A stretch of DNA of 64,000 bases from Rhodospirillales bacterium (GTDB lineage Bacteria > Pseudomonadota > Alphaproteobacteria > Rhodospirillales > SHVQ01). This document shows positions 9,858-19,492 of this stretch, piece by piece; the stretch's first letter is position 1, and the number at the start of each line of letters is the position of its first letter. Below the pieces are notes generated by a model that saw only the letters and a program-made list of their open reading frames with translations, did not search any database and was not told the DNA's origin. The DNA lies in the NCBI GenBank assembly GCA_009694195.1, contig SHVQ01000008.1, positions 10,465 through 74,464 of the forward strand. The letters are read 5' to 3'. Made by a program: the position numbers and the translations under genes.

Positions 9858-11171
9858 TTACAGGTCCTTCAGCACGTTCCGCACGATCGAAACCATTTCG
9901 TCGATGTGTTTCTTCTCGGAGATCAAAGGCGGCGAGAACATGCCGGCGTCGCCGGTAAATTTCAGGTGCACGCCGGCCCAGAAGAGCTTCTTCTGCACCT
10001 CGGTCCCCCGAACGCCTGGACCGCCTGTAGGCGCCAGTTCGATCGCCGCGATCAGGCCATAGCCGCGAATGTCGGTGATGATCTTGAGGTCGCGGAGAGC
10101 GAAAACCGCGTCGAGGAAGTAGGGCGAGAGCGCGGCCGCCTTCTCGAACACCTTTTCCTTCTCATAGATATCGAGAGTTGCGAGTGCCGCCGCGCATGCC
10201 GCCGGATGCGCCGAATAGGTGTAGCCGTGGAAGAACTCGATCGCCTTCTCGCTGGCCGCGGCATTGGTAACGGTGTCGTAGATCTCTTCTTTCACCGCCA
10301 CCGCGCCCATCGGCTGGGCCGCATTGGTGATCGCCTTCGCCATGGTCATGATGTCGGGCGTTACGTTGAAGGCTTGCGCGGCGAACGCCTTCCCGAGCCG
10401 CCCGAACCCGCAGATCACCTCATCGAACACGAGAAGAATGCCGTGCTTCGTGCAGGTTTCGCGCAGCCGTTCGAGGTAGCCCTTGGGCGGCACGAGAATG
10501 CCCGTCGAGCCCGCGATCGGCTCGACGAAACAGGCCGCGATGGTGCCGGCGCCGTAGAGATCGCAAAGGCGTTGCAGATCGTCCGCAAGCTCCGCCCCCT
10601 TCTCCGGCTGGCCTCTCACGAACCGGTTCTCCGGCAGCCACGTGTGCCGCATGTGCACGACGTTCGGGATGATCGCACCGAACGCCTCACGGTTCCGCAT
10701 GAGGCCGCTGAGCGACGTTCCGCCGATCCCGACGCCATGATAGGCGCGCTCGCGTGAGACGAAACGCGTCCGCTGCCCTTCGCCGCGCGCGCGGTGATAG
10801 GCCATGGCGATTTTGAGCGCGGTATCGACGGCCTCGGAGCCGGAATTGGCGAAAAAGACGCGGTTGAGGCCCTCCGGCGTGAGTTGCGCAACCCGGCGCG
10901 CGAGCTCGAAGGACGACGGATGTCCCATCTGGAAGTGGGGCGTGTAGTCGACCTCCATGAGCTGGCGGCCGACGGCATCGGCGATTTCCTTCCGACCGTG
11001 ACCGAGGGCCGAGCAGAAGAGACCGGCGGTCGCGTCGATTACCTTCCCGCCCTTGTGATCCCAGTAATAGACCCCTTCCGCACGCACGATCAGGCGGGGG
11101 TCCGCCTTGAAATCGCGGTTGGCGGTGAACGGCATCCAGTGATGCTCGAGGGTGTTGCCTTGATATTTCAT
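9858..11171 (-). CDS. Class III omega-amino acid:pyruvate aminotransferase (beta-alanine/taurine type)
   Basis: HWMPFTANR, SGSEAVDTALK, FDEVICGFGRLG, PLP lysine in TMAKAIT, HGYTYSAHP. Confidence 0.9.
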   Translation of the reverse strand: MKYQGNTLEHHWMPFTANRDFKADPRLIVRAEGVYYWDHKGGKVIDATAGLFCSALGHGRKEIADAVGRQLMEVDYTPHFQMGHPSSFELARRVAQLTPEGLNRVFFANSGSEAVDTALKIAMAYHRARGEGQRTRFVSRERAYHGVGIGGTSLSGLMRNREAFGAIIPNVVHMRHTWLPENRFVRGQPEKGAELADDLQRLCDLYGAGTIAACFVEPIAGSTGILVPPKGYLERLRETCTKHGILLVFDEVICGFGRLGKAFAAQAFNVTPDIMTMAKAITNAAQPMGAVAVKEEIYDTVTNAAASEKAIEFFHGYTYSAHPAACAAALATLDIYEKEKVFEKAAALSPYFLDAVFALRDLKIITDIRGYGLIAAIELAPTGGPGVRGTEVQKKLFWAGVHLKFTGDAGMFSPPLISEKKHIDEMVSIVRNVLKDL

Positions 11172-11309
11172 GGGGGTTGCTCCGTTCCGGTCAGCCGCGT
11201 GCGCGCCCGCAGAGGGGCGTCATCCCTTGTCCGCTTTGGCGAAACACCGTAATCTCTCGCGCACGCTCACTCCAGAGCCAATTTACGGATTTCGCCGGGC
11301 CAAGCCCCA

Positions 11310-12800
11310 ATGCGCGACGCCCTCTTCCACCTGCGCCGGGAAGAGACCGAGAGCATCCAATCCCAAATCCGCAAGATGCTCGTCTCGGCCATCCTCGACG
11401 GCCAGCTTCCGACGGGCGATCCGCTTCCGTCGAGCCGCCAACTCGCGCGCTCGCTCGGCGTCTCCCGCAACACCGTCGTCCTCGCTTACCAGGGCCTCGT
11501 TGACGACGGCTACCTCACGGCCCGCGAGCGGAGCGGGTTCTTCGTCAACAGCGAGATTCTCGCCGGACGCGTGCACTCCGGAGACGCCTTCAACGAGGCG
11601 CCCGCGCGAGGGCCGGCCCCGGCACCCGATTGGGCAAAGCTCTTCAAGCTGACGCCCTCCCGCCAGCGCAACATCCGAAAACCTCCGAACTGGCACACCT
11701 ACCCCTACCCGTTCATTTACGGTCAGGTGGACCGGGATCTGTTCCCGATCGCGGAATGGCGCGAGTGCTCGCGTCAGGCCCTCGTCAAGAAGGCGATGGA
11801 CTCATGGACCGGCGATACGCTCGGCCGCGACGATCCCATGCTGGTCGAGCAGATCCGCACGCGCCTTCTACCGCGCCGCGGAATTCGCGCGGGCGATGAC
11901 GAGATTCTGATCACGCTCGGCGCTCAGAACGCGCTCTATCTCGTCGCCAGCCTGCTCATCGACGAGAGCACCCGCATCGCGATCGAGGACCCGGGCTACC
12001 CGGACGTGCGCAATATCGCCTTGCTGAAGACCCGGCGGGTGGATCCGATTGCGGTGGACGAAGGCGGACTTCCCGTGGACGGACGCCTCGACGGTTGCGA
12101 TCTCGTCTTCGTGACGCCCTCGCATCAGTTTCCGACGACCGTCACCATGCCGATCGAACGCCGCCAGGCGCTTCTCGATCGGGCCGCCGCGAGCCGGCTC
12201 CTCATCATCGAAGACGATTACGAGTGCGAGACAAACTACGTGCGCGAGCCGACGCCGGCGCTGAAGTCCCTCGATACCGAGAATCGGGTGATCTACGTCG
12301 GCAGCCTTTCCAAGACCTTGTTCCCGGGGCTTCGGCTGGGTTACTTGGTGGGATCGCGCGAGCTTATCCGGGAGGCGCGCGCGCTCCGGCGCCTCATGCT
12401 GCGCCACCCGGCCTCCAACAATCAGCGCACGACCGCGCTCTTTCTCGCGCTCGGCCACCACGACGCGCTCGTCCACCGCCTGCATCGCGCCTACCGGGCC
12501 CGTTGGGAGCAGATGGGCGAGTCCCTCGCGCGGCATCTGCCCTATTCGTTCCAGGTGCCGACGTTCGGCGGCACCAGCTACTGGGTCGAGGGACCGGAGG
12601 CTCTGGACGCCGATCGGCTGGCTGAGGAAGCGCTCAAGGACGGCGTCGTCATCGAGCCCGGACGCGTGCACTTCGCCGCCGAGGATGGGCCGTCCAACTG
12701 CTTCCGTCTCGGGTTTTCATCGATCGCCGTCGAGAAGATCGATCCGGGCATCAAGCGTCTCGCCGCCCTCATCGAGCGGCACATGGTGGGGCGGAGCTAA
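11310..12800 (+). CDS. tauR: MocR/GabR-family PLP-dependent regulator, TauR-like
   Basis: GntR wHTH (LPSSRQLARSLGVSRNTV), YPYPFIYGQ, VTPSHQFPT, IEDDY, SLSKTLFPGLRLG; close to ald-xsc. Confidence 0.8.
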   Translation: MRDALFHLRREETESIQSQIRKMLVSAILDGQLPTGDPLPSSRQLARSLGVSRNTVVLAYQGLVDDGYLTARERSGFFVNSEILAGRVHSGDAFNEAPARGPAPAPDWAKLFKLTPSRQRNIRKPPNWHTYPYPFIYGQVDRDLFPIAEWRECSRQALVKKAMDSWTGDTLGRDDPMLVEQIRTRLLPRRGIRAGDDEILITLGAQNALYLVASLLIDESTRIAIEDPGYPDVRNIALLKTRRVDPIAVDEGGLPVDGRLDGCDLVFVTPSHQFPTTVTMPIERRQALLDRAAASRLLIIEDDYECETNYVREPTPALKSLDTENRVIYVGSLSKTLFPGLRLGYLVGSRELIREARALRRLMLRHPASNNQRTTALFLALGHHDALVHRLHRAYRARWEQMGESLARHLPYSFQVPTFGGTSYWVEGPEALDADRLAEEALKDGVVIEPGRVHFAAEDGPSNCFRLGFSSIAVEKIDPGIKRLAALIERHMVGRS

Positions 12801-13435
12801 GGCTTCGGCTTCGAAAGACTCTGGATCGCCCGCGCCCGCTGCTCGATGGGCTCGGCTTCCTTGCCTCGCCCCTGACCGCGGTAGACATCTGCGAGAGCGA
12901 TGAGCGGCCGCACCAGCTCCGGGTGATCCGGCCCTAGAACCTTCTCCCAGATCGCAACGGTGCGGCGTTGCGGCGCTTCGGCGTCTGCATAGCGGCCTTG
13001 CTCGCGGTAGAAACCTGCCAGCGCAGCAAGCTCACTTGCGACCTCCGGGCTGTCGCGCCCGAGGGCCTTCTCCCAAATCGCGAGCGCCCGCATATAGAGC
13101 GGCTCGGCGTCCTTATAGCGGCGCTGCTCGTGGTAGATGCGGGCCAGTCCCTCGGCGACCCGCGCGACAAACGGATGTTCTCGTCCGAAGGCGCGCTCGC
13201 CGGTCGGAAGCGCACGTGCGTAGAACGTCTCGGCGTCCCGATTGCGCTCTTTCTCCTGGTAGAAGCCGGCGAGGTCGGCAAGAGCGACCGCGACGTCCGG
13301 ATGATCCGGGCCGCCGGTCCGTTCCGCCGCTTCAAGCGCCCGCTTGTAGGATTCTTCGGTGTGAACAGCGGGGACGGCCGCCGCGAGGAGAAATACTGCC
13401 GCCGCAAGCGAGAACAGCCGCAAAAATACTTGCAC
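12797..13435 (-). CDS. Secreted tetratricopeptide repeat protein (42-aa repeats)
   Basis: Signal-like N-terminus; repeated LA..Y..QGRY.DAE.LY.RAL.I.EK.LG.DHP. Confidence 0.8.
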   Translation of the reverse strand: MQVFLRLFSLAAAVFLLAAAVPAVHTEESYKRALEAAERTGGPDHPDVAVALADLAGFYQEKERNRDAETFYARALPTGERAFGREHPFVARVAEGLARIYHEQRRYKDAEPLYMRALAIWEKALGRDSPEVASELAALAGFYREQGRYADAEAPQRRTVAIWEKVLGPDHPELVRPLIALADVYRGQGRGKEAEPIEQRARAIQSLSKPKP

Positions 13436-13515
13436 GTCCGCTCTCCCGTCCTACTGTGATCCGGTTCGAATCACGCTCAAGGTCCATCCTATCACATCGG
13501 CTGACGGCGCTTTGC

Positions 13516-13548
13516 CTGGCATACCGAAATCGCCTGATCTGGACCTAG
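13516..13548 (+). promoter_or_regulatory. Candidate TauR direct-repeat operator upstream of ald-xsc
   Basis: CTGGCATACC (13516) and CTGGACCTAG (13539), 23 bp period. The second box resembles the CTGGACYTAA TauR repeat as I recall it. Confidence 0.5.
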
Positions 13549-13647
13549 TAATTTGCGAATCAACCGCCTAATCAACGACTTGGTGCAAAAACCGCAGCTT
13601 GATAAACGAGCGGCGGACAAAACCAATTCTACCGGAGGAAAATTGAA

Positions 13648-14766
13648 ATGCACGTTGGCGTTCCGAAGGAGATCAAGACCGACGAGAACCGTGTCGGCAT
13701 GGTGCCGTCGAGCGTGCGGGAATTCGTCCACCATGGCCACACCGTCTTCGTGGAAACAAACGCAGGTGCCGGCATCGGCGTCTCTGACGCCGACTACGAG
13801 AACGCCGGCGCAAAAATCGCGATGTCGGCGAAGGACGTTTTCGCCGACGCCGAGATGATCGTGAAGGTCAAGGAGCCCCAGGCCCAGGAGCGCGCTTGGT
13901 TGAAGCCTGGCCAAATCCTATTCACGTATCTCCACCTCGCACCCGATCCCGACCAGACGCGCGACCTGGTCAAGAGCGGCGCCGTTTGCATCGCCTACGA
14001 GACGGTGACCTCGCCCCACGGCGGGCTCCCGCTGCTGGCGCCGATGTCGGAAGTCGCCGGCCGCATGTCGATCCAGGCCGGCGCCCATTGCCTGGAAAAA
14101 AAGGCGGGCGGGCGTGGCGTGCTGCTGAGCGGCGTCACCGGCGTTCCGCCGGCCAAGGTCGTCGTGCTGGGCGGCGGGGTCGTCGGCACCAACGCCGTCT
14201 TCGTCGCCCTCGGCATGGGCGCCGACGTGGTCGTTCTCGACCGCAACGTGGGCGTGCTGCGCCGCCTGGGCGAGCAGTTCGGCGCCGCCCTCAAGACTGA
14301 ATTCTCGACCCGCGAGTCGGTGACCGAGCACGTCCTGCAGGCCGATCTCGTCATTGGCGGGGTGCTTATCCCCGGTGCGGCCGCACCGCGACTCGTCACC
14401 AAGGATATGTTGAAACGCATGAAACCGGGCGCGGTGCTGGTGGATGTGTCGATCGACCAGGGCGGATGCTTTGAGACCTCGCGCGCGACCACGCATTCGA
14501 AGCCGACCTATATCGTCGACGGCATCGTTCACTACTGCGTCGCCAACATGCCGGGCGGAGTTCCCAGGACCTCGACCTTCGCGCTCAACAACGTGACGTT
14601 GCCGTTCGCGCTCGCCATCGCCGGCAAGGGATACGCGAAGGCGCTCAAGGATGACGCGCACCTGCGCGCCGGGCTCAACGTCTGTCGGGGCAAGGTGACC
14701 AACAAGCCGGTGGCGGACGCGCTCGGGTATCCTTTCGTCGAGCCGAACGAGACGCTCGCGGCCTGA
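13648..14766 (+). CDS. ald: Alanine dehydrogenase
   Basis: GVPKEIK..ENRV, VKVKEP, FTYLHLA, PMSEVAGR, DQGGCFETS, HYCVANMPG. Confidence 0.96.
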   Translation: MHVGVPKEIKTDENRVGMVPSSVREFVHHGHTVFVETNAGAGIGVSDADYENAGAKIAMSAKDVFADAEMIVKVKEPQAQERAWLKPGQILFTYLHLAPDPDQTRDLVKSGAVCIAYETVTSPHGGLPLLAPMSEVAGRMSIQAGAHCLEKKAGGRGVLLSGVTGVPPAKVVVLGGGVVGTNAVFVALGMGADVVVLDRNVGVLRRLGEQFGAALKTEFSTRESVTEHVLQADLVIGGVLIPGAAAPRLVTKDMLKRMKPGAVLVDVSIDQGGCFETSRATTHSKPTYIVDGIVHYCVANMPGGVPRTSTFALNNVTLPFALAIAGKGYAKALKDDAHLRAGLNVCRGKVTNKPVADALGYPFVEPNETLAA

Positions 14767-14800
14767 GAGCCGTCGCTTCATTAAGGAAGGACTCAACGCC

Positions 14801-16513
14801 ATGACCCGGATGACCCCCAGCGAGGCGTTCGTCGAAACGCTGGTCGCCCAGGGCGTAACGCACGTCTTCGGCATCGTCGGCTCGGCCTACATGGACGCGC
14901 TCGATCTCTTCCCGGCGGCGGGCATCCGCTTCGTCTCGGTCGCCCACGAGCAGGGCGGCGGGCACATGGCCGACGGCTATTCGCGCGTCAGCGGCCGCGC
15001 GGGCGTCTGCATCGCGCAGAACGGACCCGGGATCACCAATTTCGTCACCGCGATCGCGGCCGCCTATTGGGCCCATTCGCCGGTTGTCTGCATCACGCCG
15101 GAGACGGGATCGGGCACCCAGGGCTTGGGCGGCTTTCAGGAGACGGAGCAGCTCCCGTTCTTCGAGAAGATCACAAAGTACCAGGCCCACGTGAACCGGC
15201 CCGACCGCTTGGCGGAGTTCACCTCCCGTTGCTTCGATCTCGCCCTCGCCGAACGCGGTCCGACCCAGCTCAACATCCCACGCGACTACTTTTACGGCGA
15301 CATCGACGTGGAGATCCCGAAGCCCAACCGGATCGAGCGCGCGCCCGGCTCGCCCCGGAGCCTCGACGAGGCGGCGGCGGCGCTCGCGGGTGCCCAGTTC
15401 CCGGTTATCATCGCGGGCGGCGGCGTCGTGATGTCGGGCGGCGTCGCCGAGGCGGCGGCGCTTGCCGAACACCTGTCGGCGCCGGTGGTCGCAAGCTACC
15501 TCCACAACGACGCCTTTCCGGCGAGCCATCCGCTGGCCTGCGGGCCGCTCGGCTATCAGGGCTCCAAGGCGGCGATGAAGATCATCGCCCAGGCGGACGT
15601 GGTGCTCGCGCTCGGCACGCGCCTCGGCCCCTTCGGGACGCTGCCCCAGCACGGGATCGAATATTGGCCGAAGAACGCCAAGATCATCCAGGTGGACAGC
15701 GACCACCGGATGCTCGGCCTGGTGAAACGGATCGACGTCGGCGTCTGCGGCGATGCCAAGGGTGCCGCCGCCGAAATTCTCACGCGACTCCGCACCATGA
15801 ATATCAAAGTCGCGGCCCACGCGAACCGGGAGAAGCGCCTCGCCGAAGTCAAAAGGCAGAAGGACGCGTGGGAAGCCGAGCTCAATACCTGGGGCCAGGG
15901 CAACGGAACCCCCATCGCGCCCCGGCGGGCGCTCCGCGAGCTCGAAAAGGCGATGCCGAAGAACGCCATGGTGACGACCGACATCGGCAACATCTGCTCG
16001 GTCGCCAACAGCTATCTCCGCTTCGAGAAACCCAACAGCTTCTTCGCGGCGATGAGCTTCGGCAACTGCGGGTACGCGTTCCCGACCGCGATCGGGGCCA
16101 AGGTCGCTTCCCCCGACCGGCCGGCGGTCGCCTACGTCGGCGACGGCGCCTGGGGCATGAGCTTCGGCGAGACGCTGACCTGTGTGCGCGAGAACATCCC
16201 CGTCACGGCGGTCGTCTTCAACAACCAGCAATGGGGCGCCGAGAAGAAGAACCAGGTCGACTTCTACAGCGACCGCTACGTCGGCACCAACCTCACGAAC
16301 CCGAGCTTCGCGGCGATTGCCAAGGCCATGGGCGCCGACGGCATCCGCGTCGATCATCCGGACCAGGTCGGCGACGCCCTCGGCAAGGCGACGCGCTCCG
16401 GCAAAGTGACGGTCATCGAGATCATGGTGACGCAGGAGCTCGGCGATCCCTTCCGCCGCGACGCCCTCAAGAAGCCCGTCCGCACGCTCGCCAAGTACAA
16501 GGATTACGTTTAA
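14801..16513 (+). CDS. xsc: Sulfoacetaldehyde acetyltransferase
   Basis: MTPSEAFVETL, FGIVGSAYMD, AQNGPGITNFVT, GDGAWGMS...NQQWGAEKKNQVDFY, ELGDPFRRDA. Confidence 0.95.
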   Translation: MTRMTPSEAFVETLVAQGVTHVFGIVGSAYMDALDLFPAAGIRFVSVAHEQGGGHMADGYSRVSGRAGVCIAQNGPGITNFVTAIAAAYWAHSPVVCITPETGSGTQGLGGFQETEQLPFFEKITKYQAHVNRPDRLAEFTSRCFDLALAERGPTQLNIPRDYFYGDIDVEIPKPNRIERAPGSPRSLDEAAAALAGAQFPVIIAGGGVVMSGGVAEAAALAEHLSAPVVASYLHNDAFPASHPLACGPLGYQGSKAAMKIIAQADVVLALGTRLGPFGTLPQHGIEYWPKNAKIIQVDSDHRMLGLVKRIDVGVCGDAKGAAAEILTRLRTMNIKVAAHANREKRLAEVKRQKDAWEAELNTWGQGNGTPIAPRRALRELEKAMPKNAMVTTDIGNICSVANSYLRFEKPNSFFAAMSFGNCGYAFPTAIGAKVASPDRPAVAYVGDGAWGMSFGETLTCVRENIPVTAVVFNNQQWGAEKKNQVDFYSDRYVGTNLTNPSFAAIAKAMGADGIRVDHPDQVGDALGKATRSGKVTVIEIMVTQELGDPFRRDALKKPVRTLAKYKDYV

Positions 16514-16538
16514 CCGCCCTCAGCCCACGGAGGTCCCG

Positions 16539-17147
16539 ATGAAGCTCTATTACACTCCCGGCGCCTGCTCGCTCTCCCCGCACATCGTGCTGCGCGAGGC
16601 CGGCCTGACGTTCGATCTGGAGAAGGTCGACCTCGGCACCAAAAAAACCCAGGACGGCGGCGATTACCTCAAGATCAATCCCAAGGGCCAGGTGCCCGCG
16701 CTCAAGCTGGACGACGGCTCGGTTCTGACGGAAGGACCCGCGATCGTCCAATACATCGCGGACAAGAACCCCGGCTCCGGTCTCGCGCCGGCCAACGGCT
16801 CGATCGGGCGCTATCGCCTGCAGGAGCTATTGAATTTCATTTCGACGGAAATACACAAAGGCTTCAGCCCGCTGTTCAAGCCGAACACCCCCGACGCCTA
16901 TAAGGCGATCGCCAAGGAGAATCTTGCCGCACGGTTCGCCCTCGTCGATGCGCAGCTTTCGGGCAAGCAGTACCTGATGGGCGACAAATTCACCGCCGCC
17001 GACGCCTACCTGTTCACGGTGGTCAACTGGACGAGGTTTCACAAGATCGACCTCGCGCCGTGGCCCAACCTCAAGGCCTTCATGGAGCGGGTCAAGGCCC
17101 GCCCGAAGGTGCAGGAGGCGATGAAGGCCGAGGGCCTCCTCAAGTAG
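16539..17147 (+). CDS. gstA: Glutathione S-transferase (beta class)
   Basis: MKLYYTPGACSLSPHIVLRE, INPKGQVP, NFISTEIHKGF. Confidence 0.93.
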   Translation: MKLYYTPGACSLSPHIVLREAGLTFDLEKVDLGTKKTQDGGDYLKINPKGQVPALKLDDGSVLTEGPAIVQYIADKNPGSGLAPANGSIGRYRLQELLNFISTEIHKGFSPLFKPNTPDAYKAIAKENLAARFALVDAQLSGKQYLMGDKFTAADAYLFTVVNWTRFHKIDLAPWPNLKAFMERVKARPKVQEAMKAEGLLK

Positions 17148-17155
17148 GCTTCCGA

Positions 17156-18151
17156 TCACGCGCGCGCGAGGGCGATGGCGGCGGAGGCCACGATGTCGTC
17201 CACCGTGGCGCCGCGCGAAAGATCGCTGATCGGTTTTGCGAAACCCTGCAGAACGGGGCCGATCGCCTGCGCGCCCGCCAGGTACTGCGTCAGCTTGTAG
17301 CCGATGTTGCCGGCGTCGAGGTCGGGGAAGATCAAGACGTTCGCCCGCCCGGCGACCGTGCTTTCGCCCTTCACCTTGCGCGCAGCCACGCTCGCGACGA
17401 GCGCCGAGTCGGCCTGGAGCTCGCCGTCAAACGCGATCTCGGGCGCCCGCTCCCGCGCGATGGCGAGCGCGCGTGTAACTTTGTCGACGCGGGGGTGTTG
17501 GGCGCTGCCCCGCGTCGAGAACGAAAGAAACGCCACGCGCGGCTCATCTTCGAGGAGCTTCCGGGCGCTCGCCGCCGACGCAAGCGCGATGTCGGCAAGC
17601 GCCTCCGCCGTCGGCTCCACGTTGACCGCGCAGTCGGCGAAGATGAGCGGCACGTCGCGTTGGCTCTGAAACTCCGGGATCACCATCAAGAAGAAGCTCG
17701 ACGGCGTGTTGATGCCGGGGGCGAGCCCGACCGTCAGAAGGCCGGCCTCGATCACGCGACGGGTCGGGTTGGCGGCGCCGCCGATCATGGCCGCGGCCTC
17801 TCCCTGTCGCACCATCATGCCGCCGAAATAAAGGGGCTTTTGGACGAGCCGCCGCGCGACCTTCGCGTCCACGCGCTCGCGCCCGGCCGCATAGGACGCG
17901 GCGTACGAGTCGATGCGCGCGTCGGTCTGGGGGTCGATAAGCGTAAGTCCGTCGAGCGACACGCCCGCGCGCGCCGCGGCCGCGGATATGCTTTCTTCCG
18001 AGCCGAGAAGGATCGGCTCTGCGATGCCCCCGTCTTGGAGCCGGCGCGCCGCGAGGAGAATGCGCGCTTCGGTGCCTTCCGGAAGCACGACGGGCAAGCG
18101 GCGGCGAGCTGCCGCGGTCACGATCCGATCGACAATACTCTCCACGCTCAC
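17156..18151 (-). CDS. pta: Phosphate acetyltransferase
   Basis: [44 protein letters not shown]. Confidence 0.92.
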   Translation of the reverse strand: MSVESIVDRIVTAAARRRLPVVLPEGTEARILLAARRLQDGGIAEPILLGSEESISAAAARAGVSLDGLTLIDPQTDARIDSYAASYAAGRERVDAKVARRLVQKPLYFGGMMVRQGEAAAMIGGAANPTRRVIEAGLLTVGLAPGINTPSSFFLMVIPEFQSQRDVPLIFADCAVNVEPTAEALADIALASAASARKLLEDEPRVAFLSFSTRGSAQHPRVDKVTRALAIARERAPEIAFDGELQADSALVASVAARKVKGESTVAGRANVLIFPDLDAGNIGYKLTQYLAGAQAIGPVLQGFAKPISDLSRGATVDDIVASAAIALARA

Positions 18152-18258
18152 GGCGCAACCCTAGTGACAGCATTTCCGGTTGTAAATGCGTTCCCCGTCT
18201 TGCCAGTCGGGAGGCGCTTTGAGACGATGACCGCCGCGCCGATAGGGAGACCCGAGCC

Positions 18259-19404
18259 ATGGAGAACGAAGGCGAGCCGATCAAGATCCACCGCGGCCTG
18301 ATGGGCGTCTATTTCGACCGCTCGCCCACCACCTTCATCGACGGCAAGGCAGGCGAGTTGCGTTACCGCGGCTACTCGATCCACGACCTGGCCCAGCACT
18401 CGAGCTTCGAAGAGACGGCTTACCTGCTGCTCCGGGACGAGCTTCCGACCCGCGCGCAACTGGACACGTTCACGGGCGAGCTGAGCGCCGCCCGCGCGCT
18501 GCCGCCGGCGATCTACGACCTCATCGGCGCGATCGGGAACGCGCATCCCATGGACGTGTTGCGCACGGCTGTTTCCGCCCTCTCTGCCTTCGATCCGGAA
18601 ACGGCCGACAATTCCCGCGCGGCGACGATCCGCAAAGGCATCCGCCTGACGGCGCAAGTGCCGGGGATCGTGACGGCCCACCATCACATCCGGCAGGGCC
18701 GGGCGCCGGTTCGGCCCCGCCCGGACCTCGGCCACGCCGCCAACTTTCTCTACATGCTGACAGGCGAGGCGCCGAGCGCCGGGGCCGCGCGTCTTTTCGA
18801 TACCGACATGCTGCTCCACGCCGAGCACGGCTCGAATGCGTCGGCCTTCGCGGCCCGCGTGGTCACTGGGACGCAGGCGAACCTGCATGCCGCCGTGACG
18901 GCCGCGGTCGCCGCGCTCTCGGGACCCGCCCACGGGGGCGCCGCCGAGGACGTGATGCGCATGGCCGAAGAGATCGGCGATGCCGCCAACGCGGCCGACT
19001 ACGTGAAACGGAAGCGCAAGGCGGGTGAGCCGATCACCGGCTTCGGCCACCGCGTCTACCGGACGGAGGACCCGCGCGCGCGCCACATGCGGGACGGCGT
19101 GAAGCGCCTCTCCCGGGAGATGGGCGAGCCCAGGTGGTTCGCGATCCTGGAGGCCGTCGTCGAAGCGATGAAACCCTACGCCCGCCACGGCGTGAGCGTG
19201 AACGTCGATTTCTATTCGGGCGTCATTTACTACCTGCACGGCATCCCGCGCGATCTGTTCGTGCCGATTTTCGCCGTCGGGCGGGTCCCCGGCTGGACCG
19301 TGCAGATACTGGAGCAGTCCGAGAACAACATTCTGATCCGCCCCCTCCTGCAATACACGGGGCCGGACCTCCGCCCGTACCTCCCGATCGACCGGCGAGC
19401 GTGA
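18259..19404 (+). CDS. Citrate synthase / 2-methylcitrate synthase family protein (short type)
   Basis: LRYRGY, HAEHGSNAS, GPAHGGA, GFGHRVY..DPR, NVDFYSG. Confidence 0.88.
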   Translation: MENEGEPIKIHRGLMGVYFDRSPTTFIDGKAGELRYRGYSIHDLAQHSSFEETAYLLLRDELPTRAQLDTFTGELSAARALPPAIYDLIGAIGNAHPMDVLRTAVSALSAFDPETADNSRAATIRKGIRLTAQVPGIVTAHHHIRQGRAPVRPRPDLGHAANFLYMLTGEAPSAGAARLFDTDMLLHAEHGSNASAFAARVVTGTQANLHAAVTAAVAALSGPAHGGAAEDVMRMAEEIGDAANAADYVKRKRKAGEPITGFGHRVYRTEDPRARHMRDGVKRLSREMGEPRWFAILEAVVEAMKPYARHGVSVNVDFYSGVIYYLHGIPRDLFVPIFAVGRVPGWTVQILEQSENNILIRPLLQYTGPDLRPYLPIDRRA

Positions 19405-19492
19405 CGGCCGGTCTCCGTCCTCCCGGCAGTCGCGTCTCGCAATTGGCGGGCCGCTTGTGTATCCTCCGGCGCTCTGAACGTGAGAGCGTCGC

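Noticed and set aside
7249-10062. 937-aa plus-strand ORF
   Set aside because: Antisense shadow of the well-supported ATPase, mmsA and aminotransferase genes; typical of high-GC DNA, with no motifs.
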